Virus record (IMG/VR): IMGVR_UViG_3300005512_000003
DNA from: a virus
Lineage: Duplodnaviria; Caudoviricetes
Length of the DNA stretch: 64,000 bases
Reading direction: 5' to 3' (one strand)
The position numbers and the translations under genes are program-made. The notes beneath the pieces were generated by a model. It made no database searches and was not told the origin of the DNA. It worked only from the letters and a program-made list of their open reading frames with translations. Of this stretch, positions 7,425 through 16,500 are shown one piece after another (positions within the stretch are counted from its first letter, which is position 1; each line of letters starts with the position of its first letter).

Positions 7425-7973
7425 ATGGCGCATTACAACAAGTTCAAAGGCGGAATTCAGAAGGGCACTGTTGCTTTCGATGAGCAATCGAAGGCAATGG
7501 ATGATAACGCTAAGTCTGCAATGAACCTTGCATTCGTGTTACTTTCTGCCAAATATCCGATGCTCTCCGTTGAGAAAAAACTGCAGCAATCTGACATCCC
7601 TGGGGGTATTGGTTCGTGTGCTCCTGACGGTGGAGTTTGGTATTACGACGGCGAACTGATTGCATGTTTTGAGAGTAAGAAACAAGGTGATAAAGGCAAC
7701 GCTATCGAACGTTGGTTTAAAAACAATTTCATTGTTCGTGCTATCAATCCCGAAGCAACTTATGTCACGTTTGCATCAGGTGCTGGCGTGATTGCAGGTA
7801 ATCCGATTCATCGTATCCTGCACATTGCACACTGTGGAGAGTATGGAACGATGAACGAAGTTGCCGCTGGCGTTAACAATCTCCACTGTAAGATTGAAGG
7901 GTTTACAGTAGAAGAAATGGTTGCTATTATGGTGGAGACCGTTGATACTATTATGGCAGAGATTTACCCCTGA
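7425..7973 (+). CDS. EcoRI-family (PD-(D/E)xK) type II restriction endonuclease-like protein
   Basis: PDGG...ESKKQG...GNAIERWFKN...YVTFASG aligns with EcoRI PDGG...EAKHQG...GNAIERSHKN...YVLFLEG; ATG at 7425 within ORF 7305..7973. Confidence 0.8.
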   Translation: MAHYNKFKGGIQKGTVAFDEQSKAMDDNAKSAMNLAFVLLSAKYPMLSVEKKLQQSDIPGGIGSCAPDGGVWYYDGELIACFESKKQGDKGNAIERWFKNNFIVRAINPEATYVTFASGAGVIAGNPIHRILHIAHCGEYGTMNEVAAGVNNLHCKIEGFTVEEMVAIMVETVDTIMAEIYP

Positions 7974-7988
7974 GAGTAACACCGAAGG

Positions 7989-8095
7989 CACGAATATTCG
8001 TTAACCACGGATATTCGTGTTTGGACAGTATTAGGGGGTTTATGTGTTACGCCGTGGGCGGCGTTGCGGTTATAAAAATCGCTAACTACCCTAAC
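7989..8095 (+). other. structured intergenic element (multiple hairpins)
   Basis: 13-bp inverted repeat 7989-8001/8007-8019; ACGCCG-TGGG-CGGCGT hairpin enclosed by a TTAGGGGGTT/AACTACCCTAA stem. Confidence 0.55.
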
Positions 8096-8151
8096 CTACA
8101 CTGTATGTCTTTTTCGAGCTCTATTTCACGATCATAAAAAAATTTTCTGGT

Positions 8152-8754
8152 ATGAAAATTCTACCCACAAGGTTTCCACGTTATTCAGTGTCTGATACTG
8201 GACAAGTCTTTAGGGACGGCAAGCCCTTGAAGAGTCATAACAGGGGAGTGTCTACGAGTAATGGCACAAGGTATCAGGCAGTGAATATATCAATCTATGA
8301 TGATAGCGGAAAGTTTGCGAGGCAAATAAAGTATTATGTGCATCGCTTGGTTGCCGAGACATTCATAGAAAACCCAGAGAATCTATCAGAGATTGATCAC
8401 ATCGATGAGAATAAAGAGAACAATAATGTAAGTAATCTCCGATGGTATTCAAGAGCGGCAAACGCTGCTCGGAATGGTTTCCCTGAAGGAACGATTATAG
8501 AAAGGAAGAAGAGTGAGAAATCAAGGAATCCCTCAAAGTACATCAAGAAAGATGGGGAGTGGGTTTTGATTCCGAGTGAGAGATCGCCGTGGAACAAAGG
8601 ATTAAAAGGATCATCATGGAATACTGGAATGAAATCTGGAGAACCCGATGGGACGATCCGAAAGAGGGCGAATGGTCATTATTACATCAAAGAGGAGGGT
8701 AAATGGAATCACGTTAAGAAGAAAGATTATGGAAAATATGGACTCATTCCATAG
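8152..8754 (+). CDS. HNH homing endonuclease with NUMOD-type DNA-binding repeats
   Basis: YSVSDTGQV...VHRLVAETFI...IDHIDENKENNNVSNLRW; PWNKG/SWNTG motifs. Confidence 0.9.
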   Translation: MKILPTRFPRYSVSDTGQVFRDGKPLKSHNRGVSTSNGTRYQAVNISIYDDSGKFARQIKYYVHRLVAETFIENPENLSEIDHIDENKENNNVSNLRWYSRAANAARNGFPEGTIIERKKSEKSRNPSKYIKKDGEWVLIPSERSPWNKGLKGSSWNTGMKSGEPDGTIRKRANGHYYIKEEGKWNHVKKKDYGKYGLIP

Positions 8755-8821
8755 AAAAAAATCGCCCAGAAAATTTTGACCCCAAAAGAGTTTATACATA
8801 AAGTAACCGAGAGAGGTCACC

Positions 8822-9010
8822 GTGGAGCACACAGTGTATCATGTCTACGGAAGAAAGAGGAACCAGTATGGTTCCTCAGAAGTCATTGCTCATAGTTTGT
8901 CAGATGATGAGTTACGTGAAAGGATTCTGAAAAAAGAAGTTCAGTTAGATATTCACGAGATTCTCCCAGTTACGACAGGGATTGCGCGGGGAACCGAACA
9001 ATCTTATTAA
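8822..9010 (+). CDS. hypothetical protein
   Basis: 62-aa ORF, GTG start with GAGG RBS. Confidence 0.6.
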   Translation: MEHTVYHVYGRKRNQYGSSEVIAHSLSDDELRERILKKEVQLDIHEILPVTTGIARGTEQSY

Positions 9011-9011
9011 C

Positions 9012-9041
9012 TTGACAGTGACTACATAAGTACGTTAAACT
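9012..9041 (+). promoter_or_regulatory. sigma70-type promoter
   Basis: TTGACA-N18-TAAACT upstream of 9064. Confidence 0.55.
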
Positions 9042-9063
9042 TGAACTGAAGTCAATCACAGTT

Positions 9064-9858
9064 ATGGCAAAAGGATTTAAAGTAAAGACTGCGACTGCAC
9101 CGCAGCAACAGGGTCCTGAATGGGACTACACAGCAATCAAAGAGCGTATGAGGGGCAAGAGCATTGTGTTCTGTCTTCCTGGTCGAGGATGCTCATATAT
9201 TTTTCTGAAGAACTTTGTACAGCTGTGCTTTGATATGGTACAGAACGGTATGAGTATTCAGATCAGTCAAGACTATTCATCGATGGTGAACTTTGCACGT
9301 TGTAAGTGTTTGGGTGCGAATGTTCTTCGTGGTCCCAACCAGATTCCCTGGGATGGTAAGTTGAAGTATGATTATCAGTTGTGGATTGATAATGATATTG
9401 TTTTCAACACTGAGAAGTTCTGGCAACTGTGTGATCTCGCAGTACCTGGACCTGACAAAGACGGCAATCCTCAAGAAGAGCGAGAGATCGCAGCAGGTTG
9501 GTATGCCACCGAGGACGGTCATACGACCAGCGTTGCTCACTGGTTGGATGAGGAAGACTTCCGTAAGAACGGTGGTGTGATGAATCACGAGACCTGTGAG
9601 ACCATGCAGAAGCGTCGTAAGCCGTTCACTGTAGACTACACTGGTTTTGGATGGGTCCTGATCAAGAACGGTGTCTTTGAGAATCCTGAGATGACTTATC
9701 CTTGGTTCGCTCCTCAGATGCAAACCTTTGAAGATGGTAAGGTTCAGGATATGTGTGGAGAGGACGTATCGTTCTGTCTGGATGCAAAGGCAGCAGGTAT
9801 TGTGACCTGGTGTGATCCTCGTATTCGCGTGGGTCACGAAAAGACTCGTGTGATCTGA
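9064..9858 (+). CDS. putative GT-A fold glycosyltransferase
   Basis: YDYQLWIDNDIVF (DxD), TGFGWVLIK, GEDVSFC, DPRIRVGH motifs. Confidence 0.7.
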   Translation: MAKGFKVKTATAPQQQGPEWDYTAIKERMRGKSIVFCLPGRGCSYIFLKNFVQLCFDMVQNGMSIQISQDYSSMVNFARCKCLGANVLRGPNQIPWDGKLKYDYQLWIDNDIVFNTEKFWQLCDLAVPGPDKDGNPQEEREIAAGWYATEDGHTTSVAHWLDEEDFRKNGGVMNHETCETMQKRRKPFTVDYTGFGWVLIKNGVFENPEMTYPWFAPQMQTFEDGKVQDMCGEDVSFCLDAKAAGIVTWCDPRIRVGHEKTRVI

Positions 9859-9878
9859 GTCGGAGACAGAGCGTAGCG

Positions 9879-10037
9879 ATGTCTGAATCCCATGTTGTTT
9901 GTGGGAAATGTGGTGGCAAGGGTTGTGACTTTTGCCACCAGGGTTGGGAATGTGATGGTCCCAACTGTAAAAAATGTAAAATCTTCGGAGAACTAAAGTA
10001 TGGCAAAGAGATCATTGAGCGGCGGAACTCACATTGA
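9879..10037 (+). CDS. Cys-rich Zn-ribbon peptide (not in ORF track)
   Basis: MSESHVVCGKCGGKGCDFCHQGWECDGPNCKKCKIFGELKYGKEIIERRNSH*. Confidence 0.55.
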   Translation: MSESHVVCGKCGGKGCDFCHQGWECDGPNCKKCKIFGELKYGKEIIERRNSH

Positions 10038-10140
10038 GTCGAAACCCAAAAAATCTCGTCAGGGGTCAGGACAACATACGAAGTATGCCGCGACTTCTCG
10101 GAATTCTGCTCGTAAAAGGTATCGTGGTCAAGGGCGTTAA
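10000..10140 (+). CDS. small basic protein (not in ORF track)
   Basis: MAKRSLSGGTHIESKPKKSRQGSGQHTKYAATSRNSARKRYRGQGR*; GGAG RBS. Confidence 0.7.
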   Translation: MAKRSLSGGTHIESKPKKSRQGSGQHTKYAATSRNSARKRYRGQGR

Positions 10141-10165
10141 ATAGATAAAGAAATGCGTATCTATC

Positions 10166-10882
10166 ATGCCTTGTTTGATTGCGAACTTACCTTCACAGGA
10201 AGTATGGGTTAGAAAAGAATATCTTACTGATCATCAAAGTGGATGGGGTGAGTTTGTAAAGGGCGTCTGGGTGTCGTGTAAATCGATACCTGGGCGTGCT
10301 TTTTATTTTGAGACATACTTACCAGAGTATGCTGCAATGTATGATAAGTTACCGATTAGTGCCTTTGTAAGTAAACCAAAGACACCTGATCCTGATATGA
10401 ATCTTCCAAATCTACAGTTTTGGAACTGTATGGACTATGGAGTAGTAACGATTGACAAGAAATTCATTGGTTCAATGGATTATGAGTGCTATACTCGTGA
10501 TTTTGGCATTCAAAAGGGTACTTATGTGTGTACTATTGACAACTATCATCAAGATCCTGATGGAGTTGACTGGGCAACAAGTGAAAATCCAGCAGAACAC
10601 AAGTCTCATAACCTAATTGAGCTGGATAATGGGCAGTACGCACTATATCCAAACAACAGATTGCGTATTTTTGACAATAGTTTGACTCCTGTTGAACCAA
10701 AAATGCCTGATTTTAAGGTTTCGACCGAGTGGTATCAGGTTGAAAACGGTTTTGACCGCCTTGGAATGGGTCGTGAGGATGAATATTTTTGGAAAACTGC
10801 AAAAGAACGGGATAGCAACCCCGAAAAAAGTTCTGATTTACCCGAATCAGAGGAAAACAGCAATGGAGAACTCCACTACTGA
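10166..10882 (+). CDS. conserved hypothetical phage protein
   Basis: 238-aa ORF upstream of the baseplate genes. Confidence 0.8.
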   Translation: MPCLIANLPSQEVWVRKEYLTDHQSGWGEFVKGVWVSCKSIPGRAFYFETYLPEYAAMYDKLPISAFVSKPKTPDPDMNLPNLQFWNCMDYGVVTIDKKFIGSMDYECYTRDFGIQKGTYVCTIDNYHQDPDGVDWATSENPAEHKSHNLIELDNGQYALYPNNRLRIFDNSLTPVEPKMPDFKVSTEWYQVENGFDRLGMGREDEYFWKTAKERDSNPEKSSDLPESEENSNGELHY

Positions 10883-11003
10883 TAAAAAACCAGAGAATAA
10901 GGTACAAAAAACCGAAAAAAAGTACGAAATTCCTGAAGATAGACTCTCTCGTCCTTGTGGAGGAGCAGGTGGGTTTGATGATTATGTAGAGCGTTGGCAC
11001 TAA
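10863..11003 (+). CDS. hypothetical protein
   Basis: C-terminal part of ORF 10692..11003; GAGG RBS before ATG 10863. Confidence 0.5.
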   Translation: MENSTTDKKPENKVQKTEKKYEIPEDRLSRPCGGAGGFDDYVERWH

Positions 11004-11023
11004 AACACTAAAAGGAGGCAAAA

Positions 11024-11209
11024 ATGGGACATCCAAAGCATCTAGACGGTTCAGTTGACAAAGGAAATGACTTTATTGAGTCTGGAATGACTCTTATCAC
11101 TGAAGTTGAGAGTGAAAAATACTTGAAAATGGCAGAAAACCGCAAAAAAGCGAAAAAACAACAAACTGACGAAGGATTCTTTGATACTACAGAGACTTTC
11201 ATCGACTAA
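11024..11209 (+). CDS. hypothetical protein
   Basis: 61-aa ORF with AGGAGG RBS. Confidence 0.7.
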   Translation: MGHPKHLDGSVDKGNDFIESGMTLITEVESEKYLKMAENRKKAKKQQTDEGFFDTTETFID

Positions 11210-11226
11210 ACCTTAAAAAACCGCGT

Positions 11227-11233
11227 CTAAATA
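11227..11233 (+). promoter_or_regulatory. T4-type (gp55) late promoter; representative of a recurring motif
   Basis: (C/A)TAAATA precedes late genes at 11227, 26571, 33475, 39928, 40682, 42713, 43520, 48273, 51245, 53146, 54165, 56829. Confidence 0.75.
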
Positions 11234-11259
11234 AGACAGAATCATAGTATTTTGTCTCA

Positions 11260-11661
11260 ATGCCTCTAGAGGGAGTCAGTCGCGGTTTTAAAGACATTAG
11301 TTTTTCGTTTGGAAAGCATCCAATCAGCAATGATTTGGTTACATTATCAAATGAAAGTGCAATATCTCGTGCTGTTCGCAATTTAGTGCTGACGAAGATC
11401 GCTGAGAGACCCTTTAATAGAGATCTTGGTACAAAAGTAAAGGATGCACTGTTTGAAAACTTTGATGCGATCACCGCTAACATCATTGAGGATGAAATTC
11501 GTTTCATATTGAATCGTTATGAGGAACGAATCACTCTCAGAGAGGTTAGTGTTCAACATGACAATGATTCAAGTATCGTTGAGTGTAAAATACAATACGA
11601 AATCGTAGGTAGACCAGAAACACTTCAGGAACTCACATTTGCATTAGAGTCGGTTCGATAA
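11260..11661 (+). CDS. g25: baseplate wedge subunit gp25
   Basis: FKDISFSF..HP..AI..AVRNLVLT..ERPF..YEERI; synteny. Confidence 0.9.
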   Translation: MPLEGVSRGFKDISFSFGKHPISNDLVTLSNESAISRAVRNLVLTKIAERPFNRDLGTKVKDALFENFDAITANIIEDEIRFILNRYEERITLREVSVQHDNDSSIVECKIQYEIVGRPETLQELTFALESVR

Positions 11662-13569
11662 ATGGCACTAGTAAACTTTACAAATCTGGATTTTGACCAG
11701 ATAAAAACACAAATCAAAGATTATTTGAGATCAAACTCAAATTTTACTGATTTTGACTATGAGGGATCTAACTTATCGATCCTGATTGATACTCTTGCTT
11801 ATAATACTTACATTAGTGCTTACAATGCTAACATGGTTAGCAATGAAGTGTTTATTGATAGCGCGACATTAAGAGAAAACGTTGTTGCTCTTGCACGAAA
11901 CATTGGATATGTTCCCAGATCAGAGACTGGAGCAAAAGCAAGGATTACCTTTACTCTAAGCACTGCAAATCTATCGACAAACCCTGTACAGATCACTCTT
12001 AAGAGGGGCGTAGTTGCCACTACAAGGGCACTTAACCAGATTTCCTATACATATACTATCCCAGCAGACATTACGGTCCCTGTAGAGGGTGATCTTGCCA
12101 CATTTACGAATATTGAGATTTTTGAGGGTACTTACTTAACGCAGACTTATACAGTAAGTGCATCAAACCCAAATCAACGATTTATTCTTGATAACTCAAA
12201 TATTGATACTTCTTCTATTCGCGTATCCGTCGATGAAGATGGAACAGGACCACTTCAAGCAGTAACATATACTTTAGCAAATAGTCTCTCTGATGTAACT
12301 GATAAATCAAGAGTCTTCTTTATCCAAGAAATCGAAGATGAGCGTTATGAACTGATTTTTGGTGATGGTGTCTTTGGCAGAAAGTTAGAAGCACCTGCTA
12401 CTATTACGGTTAACTATAATATAACTCATGGAGAATCTGCTAATGGAGCATCTTCATTTAAGTTTAGTGGTAGATTGGTAGATAATGACGGAAATGTTGT
12501 TAATGCAGCAACATCTCTGATTAAAACTGAGCAGGAAGCAATAGGTGGTTCTAGTATTGAATCGATTGCTTCGATTAAAAAGTATGCACCGAAGATTTAC
12601 TCTTCTCAGAACCGTGCAGTGACTGCAAATGATTATGAGGCACTTATTCCTCAGATCTATCCAGAAGCTGAATCTGTATCTGTCTTTGGAGGTGAGGAAC
12701 TTACCCCACCAAAGTATGGAAAGGTCTTCATTACCATCAAACCATCTTTTGGTCCATTTGTTCCAGAAGGAGTCAAGCAGAATCTCAGAAAAGAGTTAAG
12801 AAAATACAGTGTTGCTGGTATTGTTCCAGAAATCACTGATCTTAAGTATCTGTATTTGGAGTTAGACACTTCTGTCTACTATAATCCAAATCAGGCACCA
12901 AGTGCCAACTATGTTCTCGCTATTGTCAAAGAAAATATCCAAGCATATGCGGATTCTACTGAATTAAATAGATATGGAGCAAGACTGAAATATAGTAAGT
13001 TAGGTGGATTGATTGACAACTCTCATGAGTCGATTACATCAAATATTTCTACCATTGAAATGCGTAGAGATCTTCGTGCAAGACTCAATGAGTCCTCTGA
13101 ATATGAAATTTGTTATGGTAACCCAATCAGAGTAAATAGAAAAACAGGATATAATATTCGTTCCTCTGGATTCCACGTTGCAGGCATTAGTGATACTGTA
13201 TATTTGTCTGACATCCCAAATGCAGACGAAAAGACAGGAACTATATTCTTCTTTAGATTACTTGCGGATGATCAAGTCAAAATCGTAAGAAAATCTGCTG
13301 GTATTATTGATTATGTAAAAGGTGAGGTTCTTTTGAACCCAGTAAATATAGTAGGTACTTCTGTGCTGAGAGGCGCAGAACTCATAGAAATCTCTGCACC
13401 ACCAGTCTCTAATGACGTTATTGGTCTGCAAGATCTCTATCTGCAACTTGATATAACTAATACATCAGTTGATATGGTTTCTGATGAGATTTCATCTGGA
13501 ACTCATCCTGCAGGATCAAATTATGTCATAACCCCAAGCTACTCCACTAGAGGCTTAGTTAGAAAGTAG
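11662..13569 (+). CDS. g6: baseplate wedge subunit gp6
   Basis: LDFDQIK..FTDFDYEGS..LAYNTY..FGDG..QNRAVTANDY. Confidence 0.95.
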   Translation: MALVNFTNLDFDQIKTQIKDYLRSNSNFTDFDYEGSNLSILIDTLAYNTYISAYNANMVSNEVFIDSATLRENVVALARNIGYVPRSETGAKARITFTLSTANLSTNPVQITLKRGVVATTRALNQISYTYTIPADITVPVEGDLATFTNIEIFEGTYLTQTYTVSASNPNQRFILDNSNIDTSSIRVSVDEDGTGPLQAVTYTLANSLSDVTDKSRVFFIQEIEDERYELIFGDGVFGRKLEAPATITVNYNITHGESANGASSFKFSGRLVDNDGNVVNAATSLIKTEQEAIGGSSIESIASIKKYAPKIYSSQNRAVTANDYEALIPQIYPEAESVSVFGGEELTPPKYGKVFITIKPSFGPFVPEGVKQNLRKELRKYSVAGIVPEITDLKYLYLELDTSVYYNPNQAPSANYVLAIVKENIQAYADSTELNRYGARLKYSKLGGLIDNSHESITSNISTIEMRRDLRARLNESSEYEICYGNPIRVNRKTGYNIRSSGFHVAGISDTVYLSDIPNADEKTGTIFFFRLLADDQVKIVRKSAGIIDYVKGEVLLNPVNIVGTSVLRGAELIEISAPPVSNDVIGLQDLYLQLDITNTSVDMVSDEISSGTHPAGSNYVITPSYSTRGLVRK

Positions 13570-13575
13570 AATACG

Positions 13576-16500
13576 ATGGTAAAAAGAGTTAAAATCAGTT
13601 CCGTAATCGAGAGCCAACTCCCTGCATTTGTAAGGGAAGATTTTCCTCGTGTAGCAGAGTTTTTACAAGAATATTATAGATCTCTTGACAGTCAAAGTGG
13701 AACATTAGACCTTCTTCACAATATTGACAAATATGTCAAGGTTGAGGAGATGACAAACCTCAATCATGAGACGACATTGACATCTAATGTCTCAAGATTT
13801 GATAATACCATTGAAGTTGCTGATACAACTGATTTTCCTGAGACTTATGGTCTGATTCAGATTAACTCAGAAGTTATTACATACACTGGAAAAACATCTA
13901 CGTCGTTCACTGGGTGTGTTCGTGGTTTTTCTGGTATTACATCGTATAGAAGTCAAAATAAACCAGACTCTTTGGTTTTTTCTGACACTGCTATTGGTAA
14001 ACATTCTAGCGGTGCAACAGTTAAGAACCTTAGCACTTTATTCTTCAAAGAGTTTTTAAGAAAAACAAAAAATCAAGTAACTCCAGGATTTGAAGACCGA
14101 GAGTTATATTCTGGTATTAATCAAAACCTTTTCATAAAGCAGTCAAGGGATTTTTACGAATCAAAAGGTACTGATCAATCCTTTGAGATTCTTTTCCGCG
14201 CTTTGTATGGAAAGGATGTAGAAATACTGAAACCTAGGGATAATCTCTTTCAACCATCTGATGCTCAATACAGCGTTACTCAAGATTTAGTTGTAGAGGC
14301 AGTTACTGGGGACCCACTAAATCTTCAGAATAAAACTCTGTTTCAAGACGCTGGTTCTGGGTTTGAAGAAGCAAGAGGATCTGTAACCAAGTCTGAACAA
14401 TTCGTAAAAGATGGAAAGACTTACTACAAGTTAAGTCTTGACTACGACTTTGACAAAGATATTAACGTATTTGGATCTCTTTTTGGTGAATTTCAAGTTC
14501 ATCCAAAAACCAGAGTCATTACAGCAGTATCTGCTGGTGCTACTATTCTTGATGTTGATTCAACGGTAGGTTTTGGAACTAATGGAACTTTAGTTATTGA
14601 TAGTTCTGCTGGAACTGCTACTGAAGTCACATACACTTCAAAAACATTAAATCAGTTCTTTGGTTGTGCAAATGTCCCTGATGTTTTATCAGAAACTGAA
14701 GCAAGAACTAATGTTACTGCATATGGATATCAAGGTCCTGGTGCGACTAATCCTATTACTGTCAGAGTTGGTGCAGTTTTATCTGATATTGAGTTTGATC
14801 CCACTACAAATGGTCTTAAAGATAAAGATTCGCTAAAAATTGATTCTCTTGGAAAAAGAGCACTTGATAGCAAGTCAAACAACTGGATATTTAATATTCC
14901 TGCAGTTTATGATATAAAATCAGTAACTCTTGTTGATAGTTCAGACTTTACTTACAGATTCCAAACATTTGATGCTTTAACATTATATGATGGTGATTCT
15001 ATTGATGTATTGACTCAAACGGGTGTTAGAATCACGAGTCAAATAACTTCTATTGAAAATGAGAATACTTTTCAGGTAAGAGTTGGGCAGCAACTTATTG
15101 AAACCCAAAAACACACTATTTTTAAAAACCTGACAAAGGTAAACGCCACTAACTTTCCTCAAACAAACGACAATAACGCAAACGTTCAAAACGCATATCT
15201 TGATGGTAATGATGACCTTTATATTGCATCTCCATCACTTCCTGCATATTTCAGACAGGAGTTAAAGGTAAAGGATCGTTCCATTAGTTTTAGTGGAACG
15301 TATACCGATGCAGAAGTTATTGATATTGGGTTCCATGGACTATACACTGGGGACTCTGTTGTTTATATTCCAGGATCTGGAACAAATAAACTCAATATTG
15401 ATGCTGGAACTTATTTTGTAAAGAGAGTTTCTTCAAACGAAGTATCTCTGTATAGAAGTAGAGCAAATATCTTTAACAATGTCTTTATTGCCATTACTGG
15501 AACGGTAACTGATAACAAGTTTGAGTTGTTTAGACTTTCTGGTCAAACTTTAGAATCTCAAAAGTTAATCAGAAAGTTTCCACCACCAGAAGATAGTCAG
15601 TTTATCAACAAGACTACTGCTGGTCAAATTGGTATGTTGGTAAATGGTGTTGAGATTTTAAACTATAAGTCTCCAGACTCCATTTTCTATGGACCTATCG
15701 AAAATATTATTGTAACTTCTCCTGGTTCTGGTTATGATGTTGTAAATCCTCCAATATTGGGTATTACTGATCCTGTTGGTACTGCAGCGACAGGTTTGAT
15801 CGCGGTAGAGGGATCCTTTGAAGAAATACGAGTAGTTGATGGTGGATTTGACTATATTGGTACACCCGTAATCACAGTAACTGGTGGTGGGGGAAGAGGT
15901 GCTACGGCAGAAGCAGATATGCTCACTGTTAAGCACGTAAATAACTTCAATGCATTTGGAGATTCTGGTCGAGTTGACCTTAGCAATAATACGATTGGTT
16001 TCTCATCATTCCATAAGTTCAGAAATGGCGAGGCAGTAATATATTCTACTGGCGGTGCATCCAATGTTGGTGGAATCTCAACAGATTCTGAATATTTTGT
16101 ATCCACACTTGAGAGTGATACTTATATAAAACTTCACTATACTGAGTCAGATGCAATCGCTGGCATTAATACGGTTAATTTGACTTCATATGGTGAAGGA
16201 ACTCATTCTTTCACCGCAGTTAAGAGAAAGAGAGTTATCAACAGCATTAAAGTAACCAATGCTGGTTCTGGATATAAAAATAGAGCGATTCAAGTAAGTT
16301 CTAGCAATATTAACACATATTCTGATACCATCTTCTCAAAAAATCACGGATATTCTGATGGAGATCTTCTTGTTTATTCTTCGACTGGTATTTCCGCTGA
16401 TGGATTAGATGAGGGATCAAAATATTATGTGACTAGAGTTGATGGTGATAGTTTTAGATTGTCTCCTGTTGGAGTTGGTACTACAGTAGCAAAAGATTTT

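Noticed and set aside
7974-8754. IscB/HEARO-type RNA-guided HNH system
   Set aside because: The protein has NUMOD4/HNH_3 architecture with no PLMP or RuvC motifs, and the upstream region is short.
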